Assembly: GCA_016235455.1 (NCBI GenBank)
Contig: JACRKZ010000104.1
Span: 1 to 19,491, forward strand
Source of the DNA: Armatimonadota bacterium
GTDB taxonomy: Bacteria; Armatimonadota; UBA10988
DNA: 19,491 nt
Direction of reading: 5' to 3'
The translations under genes were made by a program, and so were the position numbers. This document shows, in pieces, positions 16,177-19,491 of the stretch. Below the pieces are notes generated by a model. That model saw only the letters and a list, made by a program, of their open reading frames with translations. It was not told the origin of the DNA and made no database searches. The stretch's first letter is position 1; the number at the start of each line of letters is the position of its first letter.

Positions 16177-16950
16177 ATGAGCAGTCTTCTGGAGGGCAAG
16201 TACGGTCTGATCTGCAACGTGGCCAACCACCGGAGCGCGGCCTGGGCTATCGCCCAAGCCTGCGACAAGCACGGCGCCACGCTGGCCATCGGCTACCTGG
16301 GAGAGCGCGAGAAGGGCCAACTCGACAAGCTGGTGCCCGAGCTCAGCCGGCCGCCGCTGCTGTTCAACTGCGATGTCACCAACGACGAGCAGTTGGCCGG
16401 CATCGCCGAGTCGCTCCAGGCCGAGTTTGGCCGCCTCGACTTCCTGGCGCACTCGCTGGCGTTCGCCAAGATGGACGACCTCAAGGGTCGCTTCGTCGAC
16501 ACCAGCCGCGACGGCTTCACGCTGGCCCACGACGTCAGCGCCTACAGCCTGGCTGCGCTGAGCCGCACCATGGAGCCGCTCATGTCCGCCGGCGGCTCGG
16601 TCATCACGCTGTCGTACATCGGCGCCGTGCGCGCCGTGCCCAACTACAACGTGATGGGCGTGGCCAAGGCTTCGCTCGAGGCCACGGTCCGCTACCTGGC
16701 CAACGATCTCGGCCCGCAGGGCATCCGCGTCAACGCCGTCTCGGCCGGCCCGATGCGCACGCTCGCCGCCGCCGCCATCGGCGATTTCGGAGCCATGTTC
16801 CGCGCCTATGCCGAGAAGGTGCCCCTGCGCCGCAACACCACCCAGGCCGAGGTGGCCGATACCACCGTGTTCCTGGCCAGCGACATGGCCCGCGGCATCA
16901 CCGGCGAGGTCATCTACGTCGATGGTGGCTACCACATGCTGGGTGTCTGA
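16177..16950 (+). CDS. fabI: Enoyl-[acyl-carrier-protein] reductase (NADH) FabI
   Basis: The likely start is ATG 16177 (GAGGA RBS). Motifs VANHRSAAWAIA, CDVT, LAHSLAFA, DVSAYSL, YNVMGVAKASLEA (catalytic YxxMxxxK), RVNAVSAGPMRTLAA and ITGEVIYVDGG. Confidence 0.96.
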   Translation: MSSLLEGKYGLICNVANHRSAAWAIAQACDKHGATLAIGYLGEREKGQLDKLVPELSRPPLLFNCDVTNDEQLAGIAESLQAEFGRLDFLAHSLAFAKMDDLKGRFVDTSRDGFTLAHDVSAYSLAALSRTMEPLMSAGGSVITLSYIGAVRAVPNYNVMGVAKASLEATVRYLANDLGPQGIRVNAVSAGPMRTLAAAAIGDFGAMFRAYAEKVPLRRNTTQAEVADTTVFLASDMARGITGEVIYVDGGYHMLGV

Positions 16951-17038
16951 CACCAGCGTCAGACACCTCGAGAGATTGGCGCCCATGGCGCCGAACTCCC
17001 GCGACCCGGATCGACGCCCGCTGCGTCGGCGTCCCAAC

Positions 17039-17091
17039 GAAAGCCAGAAGGGCACCACGTTCCCCGCGGGGAACGTGCCCTTCTGGCTTTC
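17039..17091. terminator. Long inverted repeat between convergent fabI and the small minus-strand ORF; probable bidirectional terminator
   Basis: GAAAGCCAGAAGGGCAC(CAC)GTTCCCC-GC-GGGGAAC-GTGCCCTTCTGGCTTTC is nearly perfect apart from a 3-nt bulge. Confidence 0.75.
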
Positions 17092-17121
17092 TCACGATGG
17101 CGCTTGGCCGGTTGCTGCGGG

Positions 17122-17325
17122 TCAGCGATCCGGCTCGTCGGCGTTGGCCTGGAAGTCGCCAGTCTGGCGCAGCCAGCGCAGCCAGCGCTGGGCTTCAGCG
17201 ATGTCGCAGCCAAGTTGCGCGGCCAGTTGCGTGGCGTCGAAACCCTCAGGCTGTCGGCGGGCGAGGTTGACCGCGGCACGGTAGACGACTTTCTCGGTCG
17301 GCGCGTACTGCATGGCGGCTTGCAT
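17122..17325 (-). CDS. Small (67 aa) hypothetical protein with a winged helix-turn-helix-like pattern
   Basis: ATG 17325 has GAAGGA 9 nt upstream. The sequence is MQAAMQYAPTEKVVYRAAVNLARRQPEGFDATQLAAQLGCDIAEAQRWLRWLRQTGDFQANADEPDR. It fills an otherwise empty gap and ends 30 nt from a strong hairpin. Confidence 0.65.
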   Translation of the reverse strand: MQAAMQYAPTEKVVYRAAVNLARRQPEGFDATQLAAQLGCDIAEAQRWLRWLRQTGDFQANADEPDR

Positions 17326-17599
17326 GTTCACGGATCCTTCCCAAGGTGTCCTGAGCGACCTGGACCTCGACCAGGTCGTCTTCGGTCTGCACAATCCCTC
17401 TGACAGTCGTCACGCCCAAACGGCCCGGCAAGAACCAATCGAAGATGGCGGTACCCGGTGGGGTCGGCGCGGTCGGCGTGACGTCGGCCGCCTTCTCATG
17501 CGGCCTTCGCAAGCATGCCACATTGGCGACACATAACGCCAGCGCGAGGCCCAAACTTCTCTTGACAGGGCCGGCGGACTAGGGCGCAACGAGTCGCCA

Positions 17600-17608
17600 T
17601 GCTACAAT
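17600..17608 (+). promoter_or_regulatory. Extended -10 promoter element (TGCTACAAT) upstream of gmk-coaBC
   Basis: Matches TGn-TAnAAT and lies 46 nt upstream of ATG 17655. The nearby TTGACA at 17562 is too far away (35 nt) to pair with it. Confidence 0.55.
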
Positions 17609-17654
17609 CGAATCGGCGCCGCTTGACACGGTGCGAAGTGGCTTGGAGAACGGG

Positions 17655-18281
17655 ATGAGTGAGGTCGTGCGCGGTACGATGCTGGTGATCTGCGGGCCGT
17701 CTGGCGCCGGCAAGACGACTCTGATCGACTCGCTGCGCGCCGCCGACCCCGGCTTGCACTTCTCGGTCTCCTGGACCACGCGCGCACCCCGTGACGGCGA
17801 GCTCGACGGCGTCGATTACCACTTCGTCAGCCGCGCTCAGTTCGCTGCCGAGGCCGACGGCGAGCACGGTATGCTCGAGTGGGCGTCGGTTCACCAAAAC
17901 GATTACGGCACACCGCGCGGCCAGGTGTTGCCCTACCTCCGCGACGGCGTCGACGTGGTGCTCGATATCGATGTTCAGGGCGCCGAGCAGGTGCGCGGGA
18001 GCGGCCTGCCAGCGGTGTTCGTGTTCATTCTGCCGCCCTCGCTGGCCGAGCTCGAGCGCCGACTCCGGCAGCGCGAGTCGGAGACGCCCGAAAGCCTGGC
18101 CCGCCGACTCGCGCGCTCGACCGCCGAGCTGGCCCAGTGGCCCATGTTCGACTACGCCGTGGTCAACGACGACCGCGAGCGCGCGGCCACCGAGTTGCTC
18201 GCCATCCGCCGCGCGGCGCCCTGCCTCGTGGTGCCGGGTCGCGCGCCGCGCGGCTGGCAGGATGCCTTGCCGACTGTCTGA
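17655..18281 (+). CDS. gmk: Guanylate kinase
   Basis: The likely start is ATG 17655 (GGAGA RBS). P-loop GPSGAGKTT, SVSWTTRAPRDGELDGVDYHFVS, YGTP, LDIDVQGA, FILPPS and FDYAVVND. Confidence 0.97.
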   Translation: MSEVVRGTMLVICGPSGAGKTTLIDSLRAADPGLHFSVSWTTRAPRDGELDGVDYHFVSRAQFAAEADGEHGMLEWASVHQNDYGTPRGQVLPYLRDGVDVVLDIDVQGAEQVRGSGLPAVFVFILPPSLAELERRLRQRESETPESLARRLARSTAELAQWPMFDYAVVNDDRERAATELLAIRRAAPCLVVPGRAPRGWQDALPTV

Positions 18282-18290
18282 GAGGGTGCC

Positions 18291-19487
18291 ATGACCGAGC
18301 TGGCGGACAAGACGATCCTGGTCGGGGTGAGTGGCGGCATCGCCGCCTACAAGGCCGCCGACCTGGTCAGCAAGCTGGTGCAGGCCGGCGCGCGCGTGCG
18401 CGTCATCCTCACACGCCACGCCGCCGAGTTCGTCACGCCGGTCACCTTCCAGGCGCTCAGCGGCAGCCCGGTCTACACCGAGACCTTCGCCGCACCCGAG
18501 ACCTATGGCATGGGCCACCTCTCCTTGGCCGACGGTGCCGATGCGCTCGTGGTGGCGCCGGCCACGGCCAACTTGCTGGCCAAGGCCGCCGGCGGCCTGG
18601 CCGACGACCTGCTCAGCACGACACTGCTGTCGGTGACCTGCCCCGTGCTCCTGGCGCCAGCCATGAACCCGGCCATGTGGCACCAGCCGGCCACCGAGCG
18701 CAACGTGGCCCAACTCCGCGCGGACGGCCGGCACTTCGTCGGCCCGGACAGCGGCTGGCTGGCCTGCCGCGACACCGGCGAGGGCCGCATGGCCTCGGTG
18801 CCCGACATCCTCTGGGCCTTGCGCCGGCTGGTCTACGCGCCGCGCGACCTCGTCGGCCGCCGCATCCTGATCACCGCCGGCCCCACGCGCGAGCATCTCG
18901 ACCCCGTGCGCTTCATCAGCAACCCGTCAACCGGCAAGCAAGGCTATGCGCTGGCCGAGGCTGCCATCCTGCGCGGCGCCGAGGTGACCCTGGTCACCGG
19001 CCCGACCAGCCTGACGCCGCCCGCTGGCTGCGAGGTGGTCCAGGTCGTCTCGGCGCGCGACATGGCGCGTGAGGTGCTCAGTCGCTGTGCGGCCATGGAC
19101 GTTATCATTGGCGTGGCGGCGGTGGGCGACTTCACACCGGCCACGCCTTCGACCGAGAAGCTGCCCAAGATCGCTCATCTCAGCCTGGCGCTCGACCCGA
19201 CGCAGGACATCATCGCCGTGGTGGCCGCCAGCCGGCGGCCGACGCAGGTAGTCGTCGGCTTTGCCGCCGAGACCCACGACGTGCTGGAGAACGCCCAGGC
19301 CAAGCGCCAGCGCAAGGGGCTCGACCTGATCGTCGCCAACGACGTGAGCGAGGCGGGGGCGGGGTTTGGCGGCGATGGCAATCGGGTGGTGCTGTTGGAC
19401 GACGAGGGTGCCATGCCGCTGGAGCCGGGCGCCAAGCTGAGCGTCGGGCAGAGCGTGCTCGACTGGGTCGTGCGGCGGCTGGGGTGA
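18291..19487 (+). CDS. coaBC: Bifunctional phosphopantothenoylcysteine decarboxylase / phosphopantothenate-cysteine ligase CoaBC
   Basis: [70 protein letters not shown] and [12 protein letters not shown]. Confidence 0.97.
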   Translation: MTELADKTILVGVSGGIAAYKAADLVSKLVQAGARVRVILTRHAAEFVTPVTFQALSGSPVYTETFAAPETYGMGHLSLADGADALVVAPATANLLAKAAGGLADDLLSTTLLSVTCPVLLAPAMNPAMWHQPATERNVAQLRADGRHFVGPDSGWLACRDTGEGRMASVPDILWALRRLVYAPRDLVGRRILITAGPTREHLDPVRFISNPSTGKQGYALAEAAILRGAEVTLVTGPTSLTPPAGCEVVQVVSARDMAREVLSRCAAMDVIIGVAAVGDFTPATPSTEKLPKIAHLSLALDPTQDIIAVVAASRRPTQVVVGFAAETHDVLENAQAKRQRKGLDLIVANDVSEAGAGFGGDGNRVVLLDDEGAMPLEPGAKLSVGQSVLDWVVRRLG

Positions 19488-19491
19488 GTGG

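Noticed and set aside
17056-17077. CACGTTCCCCGCGGGGAACGTG resembles the start of a type I-E CRISPR repeat (GTTCCCCGCG)
   Set aside because: Single copy, no spacers and no cas genes. It is the apex of a terminator-like palindrome.
17246-17554. Alternative small ORFs in the fabI-gmk gap (17246-17554-, 17104-17403+, 17312-17536+)
   Set aside because: No convincing RBS or motif, and they overlap the better-supported 17122-17325 ORF.
19488-19491. Possible GTG start of a next gene immediately after the coaBC stop
   Set aside because: Only 4 nt remain in the window, so it cannot be supported.

Overview
High-GC bacterial chromosomal window with no mobile element, CRISPR array, rRNA or tRNA that I can support. 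The left 12 kb is a carbohydrate-active enzyme cluster. On the minus strand it holds a CBM-CBM-GH10 xylanase coupled to fluC/crcB and a DUF190 gene, followed by a secreted alpha/beta-hydrolase, a GH29 alpha-L-fucosidase, a WbsX/GH99-like hydrolase and a truncated beta-helix (GH110-like) gene. On the plus strand it holds an uncharacterised clan GH-A hydrolase and an unusual protein made of a YbjN-like domain, an acidic linker and a tandemly duplicated ~150-aa domain, which converges on a minus-strand GH151-type fucosidase. The middle holds two tandem paralogous chemoreceptor (MCP) genes that share an 18/22-identical upstream motif and related terminator hairpins; only the first has a CheR/CheB-tether pentapeptide. 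The right end is housekeeping: fabI, a small winged-HTH-like ORF on the minus strand, gmk and coaBC. The most promising leads are the YbjN-like duplicated-domain protein, the ATGTG-N6-A(C/T)(G/C)TG direct-repeat motif seen upstream of both MCPs and the small HTH gene, and an apparent bidirectional promoter. All family assignments come from motif recognition by eye, not database searches.
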